From assembly GCF_009914755.1 (NCBI RefSeq), contig NC_060933.1: a stretch of 64,000 nt of DNA. The stretch is one strand, 5' to 3'. Position 1 is the first letter of the stretch, and every line of letters starts with the position of its first letter. The notes under the pieces are model-generated. The model saw only the letters and a list, made by a program, of their open reading frames with translations, was not told the origin of the DNA and ran no database searches. The DNA comes from the human T2T-CHM13v2.0 reference genome, Homo sapiens. A program made the translations under genes and the position numbers. Below, piece after piece: positions 28,167 to 40,635 of this stretch.

Positions 28167-29736
28167 GAAGGGTACATAATTTCATGTTTCATTAGAGAGT
28201 GCTTTTTAAGGCCACTTGTTATTTTATAGCTTTGCAAAATTAAGTGGTGAAAGGAAGAACACTTTCTCAGAGCCCTGCCCACCAAACCCAGCGAGCCTGC
28301 ACTGCGATGCCCATCACATCCCAACAGATGTCACATGTCCGGCATTTGCCTGAACCCCTACCTCACAGCCTGTTGCTGCCACCACTCCCTTATGGCGCAT
28401 CACACAGCTAAGAGATGCTCACAGCCCCCACGCAGCTCAGCTGGCGATGTTTCCCGGAGCTATTTTTCCTTATTAGTTAAGCATTATTTTACCAAAGCCA
28501 TGAGTCATAAGACTTTAAACATCTGCAAATCTTTGAGGTCTTTGAATAACTCAGTTTTCCACGACTATCATCAAACTGTGGAACAATGAGTGAAAAATGT
28601 ATTTTGTTCATAAACAACTCATCCTCATTCATAAAAATAAAGAGCCAGTGTCTCATACTGTTTGTTCTCCACAGCTCATATCAAATGACATCATAAATTT
28701 CTGTCAACCAAGCCCACTGGAACACAGTGAGGTGAACACACCCCCACTTGTGAACAGCTGCTTTAGTTCTTTCCTTCCCTGAAACAAGAGTAGAGGGAAG
28801 ACCTCAGCCTCCAAGCGTAGTGAACAGGTTAGGAAATGGAGGCCCATCACTATCAAGAAAATGGTTTTGCTAGAGTCCTTATCAAGTGGATTGTGCCAGA
28901 AAGAAAGTGATCATCATAGGAGTAGGCAAGTCAGCCTCGCCAACTGTACAGGACATGACCTTTCCATTTCCTGATGAACCCGGAGGTGTAAGGTCACACC
29001 CATAGCAATGGCTCCTCTCGTACCAAAAGCGCCTGGTAAAGCACACTTTCTGGACACCGGATGTGTTCCCAGGGATGCCAGAGAGCTCCCTGTAGCCGGT
29101 GGCATCCAGGTGGACAGACTTACACAGCAGCACACTGTCCCTCGCTACATCGGTCAGAATTTAGGGACACAAGCTGCCCAGTGCACCTCCATCCATCACC
29201 TCTCTTCCCCCTCTTCTTGCTTCCTTCATTATTCAACCTCGAAATAAAAAAGAAAACAAGATGCTTGGTCAAGCCAATCTCAACTACCGAGACTTTCTAC
29301 CTCACACTACCGTGTACATGGCAGGAAATCTCAACAGAACAGGGGCGAGAAAAGACTCCTCGGACAGACTTCAGTGGACCAGGATCTGAGCAGGATTTGC
29401 TCGCCTTGGAAATAAGGCAGACCTCCCAAGGTGGAGAGAATTTAAGTAGAAGAGATTCATGAAAAGAAAAATATCGCCCAGTTAAAGCATGGCCGTGAAC
29501 AAACAGCCATTTTATTTATTTTTCTACAGTCAAAATATTAGACACTTGTTCATTCAATCTTCTCTTTTAAAATTAATGAGATATCCATTCCTTAATGTCA
29601 TGCTATGAATTTTTTTCTCAGCCTCACCCCAGTTCTTTAATCTTGATCACTAAATAGTAGCTTTCTAGAGGATGCTTTTTTTCATTTGCTACCAGGGCTT
29701 CCCCTAATGGGCCGGAGGGTTCATCCTGTTAGGAAT

Positions 29737-30200
29737 CTGTGTGTGTGTGGGAGGGGGTGTACGTGTGCATCTGTTTGTAGTATGTGTGTGTCCGTTCATG
29801 ATGTGCGCATGTGGTTTGGGGAGGTGTCTGTGTGTGTCCATGTGTGTTTGTATGTTTGCATGCATACATGGTGTGTGTATATGTGTGTATCTCTGTGTGG
29901 TGTATCTGTGTTTGTATATGTGTGGCATGTGTGTGTCTATGTGTGTAGTGTGTGCATGTGGTATGTGGGGATGTCTGTGTATACATATGTATGCATGTTT
30001 ATGTATCTGTGTGTGTATGTATTTGTGTGTGTGGTGTGTTTGTGTGGCATATGTCTATGTATGTGCTTCTGTATGTGGTGTGTATTTGTGTATTTGTGTG
30101 TATGCATATCTGCATGTGTATACCTGCATGTATGTGTGTATGTGTAGTGTGTGTGGTGTGTGTATGTGTACCTGTGTGTTTGTGTGTGGTGTATATGTGT
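29737..30200. repeat. Degenerate (TG)-rich simple repeat
   Basis: Directly visible. Confidence 0.9.
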
Positions 30201-31687
30201 CTCTGTTAAGCAGATGTCTTTGTCCTTTCATTTTTCAGATCTTCTTATGCTCTCAACATTACTGCCAACGTGAAAATGACCTTTTATTATTAACCAGCTT
30301 GGTCATCATTTTTCCCCATTCGGGTCACGGTGTGTAGAACCGGTTTTCCATCTCACTGGCATCCACGGGAGTTAGCCCTTCCCCGGTGGATCTGGACATG
30401 ACACCCCCACTCCCATCTCAAACCACCTGCGATTGGCTCTATGATAGACGCCACCATTACCACAGTAAAAATAAAACAATGGAGAGGCCATTACTTAGGT
30501 CCCTGAAGCCCAAAACAGGCCAGTACACTTTTACCTAAGTCTTCATGAGAGCCAAGCACCTCCACTCACAGCGAAAGGTCTGCCTCTCCCGCACAGCCTA
30601 AATAAGGACCCTGCCTCTGCCCCTCTGGGGTGTGCAGAGGGTGGGAGGGCACTGAGCAGCACCCACATCACACCCATGGGTGCTTTCTCATGGAAGCTGG
30701 GCTTGCCAGGACCGCCTGTTCTCCTTCAGACAGCATCTGCCCTGCCGCAGCCCGGAGTGAGAAAGCAGCCGAGCGGGAAGCGGGCTTTGAGCCTCGAGAC
30801 AGACTCCATCTCTCTTGTTTCTTACATGGTCTCCTGCTGCATGGCCTGAAGGAGGGGCGCCAGCCCAATGGCTCCCAGCACTCAGTAGTGTCAGCAGCTG
30901 CCAGGGCCCAGTATGGCTCAAAATCATGCCCTGCCAGGCTCCCAGTACAGCTGGTGGGGCAGGGACCCTTCCCAGGTTTCGGCTGATGTTTCAGGCCACT
31001 GGCAGTTCTTGGAGATGCCTTCTTAAAGCCAGAACAGGCTTCTCTAGGAGAAAAACCACAGTTAGACTATTCATCCACTTCATTTGACAGTGACATTAGA
31101 GTCTGGCTGTCACTGTCTCCCTGCCTCCCCATTCTCAGCCTTTGGAGAGTGAGTACACAGGTGAGTACCCAAGGATCAAAGTACACTCGATGCCCTCCAG
31201 CAGCTCATCGCTAACATGCAAATGACTTTACAATCAAAACATGTGAATGCCCAGAGCGTTGCTCACATGTGCAAATGCATTAGCTTGCTGTGATAGAATA
31301 GATGCATGCTATGTTACTTTTGAACACTTTAACGGAAGTTGCATTTGCATAATATTTTATAGCTCACAAAGCCTTTTCAGGTAAATTTTCTATTTTAAGT
31401 CTAAAAACAACCAGCTTTAGAGATAGTTGCTATTATTAACTCCTCATTTTACAAATGAAAAAGCCAGTAAGTAGGCTGACTGCTGACTAAGTAGACAGCA
31501 CCAAAAAGAAGCAGCAGACTCCCATTTCTTCCTAGAACATCGCTGGTTCTCAGGCCCAAGTGCCCATTAAAAGCAGCAATAGCCTTAACAGTGCTGGTGC
31601 CCAGGCTCCATTCCCTGAGAGCCTGGTGTAATGGGTCTGGACTGGGGCCAGAGACCAGGCACTGAAAATCTTTAAAAGTGTACTGGG

Positions 31688-31731
31688 GGCTGGGTGCAGT
31701 GGCTCATGCCTGTAATCCCAGCACTTTGGGA
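31688..31731 (+). mobile_element. Alu 5' stub (~44 bp)
   Basis: GGCTGGGTGCAGTGGCTCATGCCTGTAATCCCAGCACTTTGGGA with the rest of the Alu missing. Confidence 0.85.
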
Positions 31732-31909
31732 GTCCCAGCACTTTGGGACTTCAGTCCCAGTTCTTCAGATTGTGTCTGCTGTACCTCCATAGAGCTGGGT
31801 GTGGTGATCAGGCCAAGCTTCAAGGTCTTGTTTTGCATGCCGGTCCCATGTCTCCAGCATCCCCTGAATCCAGTGACACCTAGTCCTCCCTGTCAGCTTC
31901 TCCGCCAGT

Positions 31910-32202
31910 AGTAGTCTGATAGGGCTGCCAAGACAAAGCAGTGCAAACAGCAGACATTCATGGTCTCAGCTCTGGAGGCTGGAAGTCTGAGATCAAAGTG
32001 TTGGCAGGATTGATTCCTTCTGAGGCCTCTCTTCTTGACTTGCAAAGGCCTTTCTCCTGTGTCCTCCTGCAGTCCTACTCCTGTATGACCTTATCTTAGC
32101 AAATTACATCAGCAAAGTTCACATTCTGAGGTTCTGGGAGTTGGGACTGTAACATATGTTTTTGGCAGGGAGTTGGGGGCAGACATAATTCATCTCATAT
32201 CA
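31910..32202 (-). mobile_element. MaLR LTR (MLT1-type)
   Basis: ctctggaggctggaagtctgagatcaa.gtgttggcagg and cacattctgaggttctggg motifs. Confidence 0.75.
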
Positions 32203-32522
32203 CTGTGCGGATGGACCCTGTCCTTCTGTGCACTGCTTCATCTCAAGTGCCTGTGAATGGCATACCCCCAGTGGACCCAGATTAAGGCCTCACTCCTAGC
32301 TCAGAGAGGATTCTAGGTGACTGAGTGTGGTTGGTTCCCTCAGAGCTGGACCCTGGGGCTGTGCAGCAAGTTGGTGAAGATGCCTTCTGAAGACCTAGGG
32401 GGAGCAGGAATGAGGCTGGGGCCTTCCAGGGGACTGGCTTCATTGGTCTTGGCCTTGGGTGGCCCCTGCACATCAGGAGGAGGGGATGCACAGGCCCGCC
32501 CACCCTGAGTCATTCTGGGTAA

Positions 32523-32835
32523 AGTGGTGTTGAATCGTGTGCCCTGGAAAGATGTTGAAGTCCTAACCCCAGTATCTGTGGATGTGGCCTTATTTGGAAA
32601 TAGGGTCTTTGCAGACCTATAACTTATCTTAGATCAAGTTAAAACAAGGCCATAAGGTGGTCTCTAATTTAGTAGGACTCTGTGTCCTTAGAAGATGGGG
32701 AAACCTGCATAGGCATACACACTGGGAGACATGAAGACACGATCTGCAGGCCAAGAAGAGAGGCCTCAGAAGAAACTCCCAACTTCCAAACTGTGAGACA
32801 ATCAACTTCTGTAGCTTAAGCCGCCCAGTCCCCAC
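32523..32835 (+). mobile_element. MaLR LTR (MLT1-type)
   Basis: atgttgaagtcctaaccccagta.ctgtg..tggccttatttggaaatagggtctttgcaga motif. Confidence 0.75.
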
Positions 32836-33049
32836 CACCAGAAAGTGAATCCAGGTATTGACAGGAAGCCCCAGGTCGGCTGCCCCACCATGCTAGCCAT
32901 GCCCCCACCTCCCCGGGCCCCTGAGGTAAGTGCACAGGGAGACTCCGGAAAGGGGGCGAAGGACTCCAGGGCTCACAGTTCACACCTCCCTGTACCTGAC
33001 GATTATTGGAATCTTATTGAAAAGCAGATTCTGCCTCAGTGGGTCATAA

Positions 33050-33378
33050 TGAGTCAGCCAGGTTGGAGGGGGTCCCTCGAGAAACTCCTACCAGCCTGTC
33101 CACTGAGGTGGAGCCTCAGGAAGTTCATGATGTTTGCAGCTGGGAGGAGCCTGGCCCTTCCTCTTCGTGTGCAGAACCTGAGATTTGAATGGCAGCAGGA
33201 AGCCCTCTAGCAGGGACTCTGGCCTTGCAAGAGTCCTCATTTCCCCCTTTTCTTCTTTTTTATCCAATAAAACCCTGCTTTACTCACCCTCTCCAACTGC
33301 CTGCAAGCCTAAATTTTCATGGCCGTGGGACAGACAAGGACCCAGTCTTTAGCTGAACTAAGGAAAGGTCCTGCAACA
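33050..33378 (+). mobile_element. ERV1-class LTR 3' part (MER66/MER52-like end)
   Basis: caataaaaccctgctttactcaccct..ttagctgaactaaggaaaggtcctgcaaca terminus. Confidence 0.55.
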
Positions 33379-33757
33379 GTGGAGGCTGGGGGGCTGCATT
33401 TCTCTCAGCTCTTGGGTGATGTAGATGGGGCCCTACCTGACTACAGGCACTGGGCACTCACCTGTGAAGGTCCATGAGGCTGGCTCCTGGTTCTGGGCTG
33501 TGGCCTGGCAGCTGTCTAAAGCCCCTGGGCAAGTCAAATGAGCAGCTGGTTTGAGACCCAGGGCCTTCAGGAGGGAGACACTTCCAGGGGTTCAGGTGGT
33601 AAGCACTCCAGTTCTGTGGGGCCTGCACCTCCTCCAGTCTGGGGCCATTTGTAAGAATAGACAAATGTGAATATACCACCACTCAGGAAGCTGCAGGAGA
33701 GAGGTTGCGGCTCAACGGCCTGTGGCCAAAATGCCTCACTTATTCTCAAATATATAG

Positions 33758-34254
33758 AGCCCCACCTCCAGCAGAAGCACCCCTGTCAACCCTGGCCTCT
33801 GGCAGGAGGTCCAGCCTATGACGTGATGCTGCAAGTTGGTTTAACATCTCACCAGAAGAAGTCTGGCCAGAGCCTGAAGCTGAGGGGAGCCCAGCGTGGC
33901 ACCACGTCTCCCGCTCCAGCGCCGTCCCTCTGGCCACCAGCCCAGGTCACAAGCACCAAATATATATTCATGTGATCATACATCCTAGGAAGAGGCAGAA
34001 GAGGGCCCCCAGCCTGAGTGCTTTTAGCTGTACAATAACCCTCCCATAGCCATGAGGCAGGGCCACTGGGAGGAGCACTCAGGACTGAGCCGAAAACGTT
34101 CCTGGGTTCTCCCAGAGCCTGAGGGGGGGGTCTGCTCATTAGGGCCCTGAATTCTTCTGGTGAGATGTTAAACCACCTTGTAGCATTACGTCATAGGCTG
34201 GACCTCCTGCCAGAGGCCGGGGTTGATGGGGGTGCTTCTGCTGGAGATGGGGCT
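33758..34254. repeat. 103-bp inverted repeat (33758-33860 vs 34152-34254), ~290-bp spacer
   Basis: Manual alignment to the reverse complement shows 7 mismatches in 103 bp and no gaps. Confidence 0.93.
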
Positions 34255-36225
34255 GTGCAGGTGTGTACAGCTGTGCACATCTTGGGCCACCTGGGGCAAC
34301 TCTGCTGGATCACATTAGCTCCAGAGCCCCTGTGAGGGTATCCAAAGCTTCTGTTCACTTCTGCTGTGGCAGGCATGGACGCCAGGGGCTGTCCTGGATG
34401 AACCCCTGATCTCCACTGCCTCCCAGAGCCAGCTTCCCAGGACCAGCTGCCACAAGCTGCTTCCAGCTCTGTGGGGGGAGCTGGACGCTCACCCATTTTG
34501 TGTTGTGTGCTGTGTGCTGTGCGTTGCAGTTGGGCGTTGACTGTTGCTGGGTTAGAGGGCACATATCCTCACTGAAAACGATAGCAGCTGCCTAACTGTC
34601 CCCAGGACACCGCCATCAGTCCACAAGAGCACCCAGCCCCATGCCCTCCTGCTCTCTCCACCACTTGGGGTCCGCTGAGGCCCAAGAGAGGAGAAGAAAC
34701 AACTGTCTGCCACTACAGACACCCAAGCCTGCAGGGTCAGAGTCACACGCAGGTAGGAGGGGAGGGCAGTGCAGCCCCTGGCTCTGTGTACAGCGGTGTG
34801 GAAGTGGGGGGTGTTGGGAGAGGACCCAGCCAGAACTCACTGTCCCGACACCTCAGTCCTGGTAGTAGCAGCTCAGCAGAGCCACCTTAGCAATGGAGCT
34901 CAGGAGGGCATGATCTCAGAGCCAGGGGCCTGGGCCACCCGCCCTGCCACTCTCTCCTGGGTGACCCCAGCTGCCTGGTCCCTGCCTGCAGGGCGTGGGG
35001 AGCATCACCCACGTGTGTAGCCAAGACTTGCTCATCTCTGGCCTGTCGAGATGACCAGGTCACTGCAAGGCAGGTGGGAGAATTCCAGGTGCAAACATTG
35101 TACTCGAAGTGTCCTATCCCTCTGCCATTGTTTACCTCTGCCTAGTGGTGTTGGGGCTGAGAAACACTGGCCTGTGAGGATGTCTGAATTCAGAGACTCT
35201 GATTCAGCCAATCTCAGCCATGGCTAATTAGCATCAATAAATGTGTCTTATTGTGGGTCTTTCCTGACGACTTTCAAACCAGCCAGTCTGGCAGGACACC
35301 ATGCCACTTCCCTCCAGAGCAGACCAAGCCCCTGTTTTCTCCCCCAGCCCCAACTTCAAGCCTGCATGGGCCCCAGGGTGCCCATCGTCAGCCAGAGAAT
35401 CAGGATCTTCCGAGTCACCTGACTTTCATCTCTTAGCAGCTGTATAACATCCTAGATGTCCCCTCATAACCACTCTCCTCGGTGGCTGGGACAGGTGCCC
35501 AGAAGTCACCTGGATGGGGGTGGGGGATCTCTCTTAGAAGCCAGATTCCTCCCCTTCCCTGCTCGGGAACTGCCCCACCCCATGCAGACTCCATGGGCTT
35601 TTCAGGGACAGGACCCATGAAGCTGCCCACATGGAGGCATGGAGCTGTGCTGGGACCCGGGGAGGCCAGGAGGGCAATGCTCGGCTCTGAGACTGCCCTG
35701 CTGTCTGCTGAAAAACCTGGTGGTCCCTGTGAAAACAACACCCGACGCCCAACGTGAGACCGTTCCTGGGGAATGGGCAGGTGAAAGGCACAGGTGGGTG
35801 TTTCCCAAAGTCCCTGCTCAAAAAACAGTGACAGAATGAGGGTCATATCTGCCCAGGGCCATGTCCCAACCAGCTTCCGCTCCCTGGGGGTCAGACCTGT
35901 CTGTGTAGGTTTGTCCAGACAGACTGGTAGAAAGATCAGGCCAGGTCCAGCTGGCATGTTCTGGCTCTGTCCTCTAACCCTGCAAGGCCAGGGCACCCCA
36001 AGGTGGGCAGCTATAATCCCAGAGCTGCCCCCACCACACAAGCCCCATGGACGGAGCTGCATCGCTAAGTCCCACTCCACCCATGTTGCCTGGTGCCGTG
36101 GGGAGGAGCAAAGGAGATGCTGTCCCTGAAGTCTGACCAGAGCCTGAAGCTGAGGGAAGCCCGGCGTGGCACCACGTCTCCCGCTCCAGTGCCGTCCCTC
36201 TGGCCACCAGCCCAGGTCACAGGCA
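33858..36225 (+). repeat. 98-bp dispersed direct repeat (33858-33955 vs 36128-36225)
   Basis: Manual alignment shows 5 mismatches in 98 bp. The ORF track gives the same peptide ARGTALERETWCHAGLPSASGSGQTS at both places. Confidence 0.93.
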
Positions 36226-37905
36226 TCCAGCAACAACTGCAGCATGGACTCTGGGTCTGTTGGATGTGGGCATGGCTGCTGGCTCACTGCTAAGTCAGGG
36301 AAGCACCACGTGGCCCACGCTGTGGGCCCCTCCAAAGCCACTGTGTTCCAGCCCAGTGCCCAGCCCCAAGTACCGTGTTATAATGAGCGGCGACTGACGT
36401 GACCCAAGGCAGCCTCCCATCCAGAGCTCCTGGGCCCAGGATGTGAATCTCAATCCCTGATGAGTGCTTATTCCTGAAGCCCCAAGGTAAGACAAGGGAC
36501 CCTGCGCTCTGGGGTTTCACCGTGTAGACCCCCCAGGGCTGGGGTTTACATAAAGAATGGCCATCCTCAGGGTAGTTCCTCAAGTAAGCAGTAGTGGCAA
36601 ATACTGCCCACTGCTGCTGCACTCTCTCTCACTTCGGGGGGTTAATTTCCTTGGTTTGGGAATTAAATTGGCTTGCCAATTTTAAAAGGCAAACATTACC
36701 AGAAGGACAGAGGGAAGGAAAAAGAAGGGAAAGGACAAGAAGTGGGGGTTGGCCATGGAGCCATGTCCCTGACATGGGGTGGGAAGGCCTGGCCAGAGTG
36801 CTGCTCTCCAGGGCAGGAAGGAGGCAGCTTGCAGGGTGCCTCTCCGCACGGGGACGGCCCACTTGGGGCAGACAACTGAGAGTTGGACCGCACAGCAGCT
36901 CAGTGCTACTTCTCAAGTGCCCACTAGATGGCAGCCGACACCTGGGCATGAGCTGGTCCCAGCCATCCACCTGGCAGGAAAGGGACAGGCTACCTACCTC
37001 CTAGGTTATGCCTATTTTTATGAAAGTGGAAGAGACACCAACTGCATGCACTATTGGAATCGCGTTTCAACAGGTACAGAAATAATGTATTAAGTGATTT
37101 ATATTCAAAATAAGTGACTGGCAAATGACTGCTCTATTCAGAGAACCCATATCTAATCTTTGAGATCACAGTGTTGTCCAGCAGAGGGGATTGGAATGAG
37201 TTTCTCTAACTCCACTTGCTAAAGGTCAGCTTGGTGTGGACTTGTTCTGTTAGTTTGACATTGAAATGCAGTCATTTTGGAGTCTTTGGTCTCCGAAGGT
37301 GGGATGTAGCATGCTTTAGCTAGAAGGGAGCCTTCGCCCAGGCCTGCTAGCCTCCAGCCTGGAGTCCTTGGGCTGTTGGGAACTGAAGGACTCGTCACAC
37401 TTTTCCCGGAGGCATTCCAGATGACAGGAGTGCTCAGGTTCCCCACCTGGAGCTTGCTAGTCCAGGCTTTGATTAAGGGAGATGTGAAAACAAAGTAATG
37501 AATTTATGTACTGCTGAATCAATATGGTGTGGAGGGACCCTACCTTACAGAATGTAGGGTCCAAAGAGGTGACAAAAGAATCTCAGATCTAATCCAGCCT
37601 CTGCTTTCCAGGTGAGGACAGTTAATTTTCAAAAATCTGCAATGGACTGAGAGCAGGGATCCCGTCACCACCTGCTCTGAGCTCCACTGTAGTCCCGGCC
37701 TAGCCTTCTAGCACCTTCCCAGGGGGGGCGCCATCGGCAGTCTTGAGTAGATCCCACTTCAGGGCTGGCTCACAGCTTTTCTTGATTTCCAGACGTGAAG
37801 CAAAGCCAAAGGTGAGCCACTTTCTTGACACATCCAAAAGAAATTTTGAGGAATGTCAAAAGGAGTGACTGGCGGTCCTTCCTGGGTGGTAAGAAGCTAT
37901 GTATT

Positions 37906-38199
37906 TCTTTTTTTTCTTTTTCTTTTTTTTTTTTTTTTTTGAGACTGGGTCTCACTCTGTTGCCCAGGCTAGAGTGCAGTAGTGCGATCTAAGCTCACTG
38001 CAACCTCCGCCTCCTGGGTTCAAGCAATTCTCCTGCTCAGTCTCCTGAATAGCTAGGATTACAGGTGCATGCCATCACATCCAACTAATTTTTTATATTT
38101 TTGGTAGAGACGGGGTTTCATCACATTGGCCAGGCTGGTCTTGAAATCCTGACCTCGTGATCCGCCCCCGCTCGGCCTCCCAAAGTGCTGGGATTACAG
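37906..38199 (-). mobile_element. AluS, slightly 5'-truncated
   Basis: Reverse Alu; TSD agaagctatgtatt. Confidence 0.92.
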
Positions 38200-38399
38200 A
38201 GAAGCTATGTATTCCTACGCATGTATTCTCACTGCCTTTCAGCTAACTGACAAGGCGGCCTATGGACAGCACCAAACAGAGGTAAGGGACTTACCTGGGC
38301 ACATTACTGTGAAGCCAAACATGTTGCTCAATATGTCAAATAACCAGCTCCCCATAGTTCTTCTGGGAAGTTCCCATCCATGCCCAGGGAGATGACTCT

Positions 38400-39407
38400 G
38401 GGACATAAACTATACACTCTGAATCAGCCTCCAATCGATGGTGTTGTTTATCCCATAGCCACGACTCACTGGTCCGGGAATCAGGCAGTGGAAATGGGAG
38501 ATACACCACTCACCATCACCCCTAGTGAGCCACTGGCAACATTTTTGCTTCCTGTTCCCACAACTTTATGCCCTGCTAGCCTAAATGTCTTAGCTCCAGA
38601 GGGAAGAATGCTTCCACCAGGAGATGCAACAATGATTCCATAATTTCTACAACTTCCACAACTTCCAACTGGAAATGAAGACTGTCATCCAGCCATTGTG
38701 GGCTCTTCGTGTCTCTGAGTCAACAGGCCAAGAAGAGAATGATATTGCTGGCTGGGGTGATTGATCTTGACTATCAAAGGGAAATTGGATTGCTGCTCCA
38801 CAATGGAAGTAAGGAAGAGTATGTCTAGAACATAGGAAATTCCTTAGGGCATCTCTTAGTATTACTATGCCTTGTGATTAAGCTCAATGGAAAATTCAGG
38901 ATTGAAGGTTTGGGTCACTGCACCAGGTAAAAACTCATAACCACCTGAGGGGCTTGCTGAAGGCAAAGGGAATACAGAATGCGTCGGTGGAATAAAGTGG
39001 TTATAGATACTTACTGTGGCCATGTGACCAGTTACAGAAACCAGGACTGTAACTGTTATGAGTACTTTCTCCCTGTTTTGTTAAGAATACATTTGTGTGT
39101 ATGCAAAGTAAGCAAATATCTTTTTTTCTTTCCTCTCTTATTCCCTTATCCTGTAACACACAATACATTGACTTTATATGAATACTTAAGTATTGTCAAT
39201 CTTACATTATAGTATTTAAATTATGAGATATCAAGGAGAAGAGTAAACATCACTGAAGGCCCTTGCCTTCTCTTGTGGGGAAGGGATTAGTGAGTTTTGG
39301 GTTGTATGCGAGATAGGCAGATAGCATGACATTGGTATTGTCTTTATTTGAAGATTAGCATAGTTTAAGAAGATGCCTTTTGGTGTTAAGTTGACAAGAA
39401 GTGGACT
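38400..39407 (+). mobile_element. ERV-L internal 3' fragment (integrase tail, dUTPase, PPT)
   Basis: LNQ.P..G.V.P...HWSGNQ.VE.G..PLTITP..PL..FLLPVP..MLPPGD.TMIP, then LAGVIDLDYQREIGLLLHNG. The purine tract gacaagaagtggact precedes the LTR. Confidence 0.85.
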
Positions 39408-39892
39408 TATGATGGTTAATTTTATGTGTCAACTTGCCTGGGCTAAGGAATGCCCAGATAGCTGGTAAAACGTTGTTTCTGTGTGTGTCTGTTAGGGCAT
39501 TTTGTGAAGAGATGAGCATTTCCATCAGTAGACTAAGAAGATCCACTCTCACCAATGTGGGTAGGCACCATCCAATCTGCTGAGGGCCTGGATAGAGCCA
39601 AAGGGCAGAAGAAGGGCAAATCCGCTCTCTCTGCTTGAGCTGATATATCCATCTTCTGCCCTCGGACACTGGTGCTTCTGGTTCTAGAGCCTTTGGATTC
39701 TAACTGGGACTCACACCATCAGCTCGTCCGGTTATCAGGCCTTTGGACTAAGACTGAGTTACACCACCAGCCTTCCTGGGTCTCCAACCTGCAGATGGCA
39801 GATCATGGGACTTCTCCACCTCCATAAACATATGAGCCAATTCCTATAATGTCTCACATATCTATATATGTCCTATTGGTTCTGATTCTAGA
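39408..39892 (+). mobile_element. MLT2 (ERV-L) 3' LTR
   Basis: tgatggttaattttatgtgtcaacttg..gatgcagatcatgggacttctc-type motif and cctattggttctg near the end. Confidence 0.85.
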
Positions 39893-40635
39893 GCAGAAGA
39901 CACACAACCTTCTAGATCTGTAGGGCTCCTTATGAATCATGAGATCCCCAGAACAGCTGCAAAATTAAACAAATTCAGCGAAACAAAAATTAGCTGTTTT
40001 GCAGATAATTACTGCTTTTACCTTTAACTTTCAGTTTTGTCATGATGTAGACATCACTGGAGACGCTGGAGCTGAAGTTCGGGCCACGGTTGTCAAAGGA
40101 GAGTAGGATAGGCTGGGGAGGGAGGCACAGCAAACCTTCATGGTCTCCATATTATACCCAGTGGATTTTCAGATGCTCCAGGAAGGTGGACTATGTCCAT
40201 GGATTCCAGAGCACCTCAATTTGAGGATCTTTTAAAAATGCTTTTTTACTGTCTGTGTGAAACTGAGCAAGTTGCTCAACCTCTCTGAGCTTTGGTTTCC
40301 TCTTCTGCACAAGATATTGATGATGATAATAATAATACTGACCTTCTATAATATTTGCACATCACTTTGCCTCTATAAGTAATAACTCTTAGCAGCCACC
40401 ATTTTTCCATGGCCTTTTGCAATGCGCAGGGTGTGAAATCTTCCTAGACAGAAGCCCGATATGGATTCTTCAGGACATGGGTTCTGTATAACCAAAGCAC
40501 CCAGATATGTGAGGGTAGGACTTAGTGGCCAGATGACCTGAGCCTCCTACTGTGCCTTCCGTACCACCTGAGCCACAGTTACCGCATGTGCGTAGTTCAC
40601 TGTGGGGGTATGAAACCAGCCATGTCACAGCCATC

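Noticed and set aside
35433-36341. 302-aa minus-strand ORF
   Set aside because: It has a non-ATG start in GC-rich DNA, no recognisable motif, and overlapping ORFs in other frames; most likely chance.
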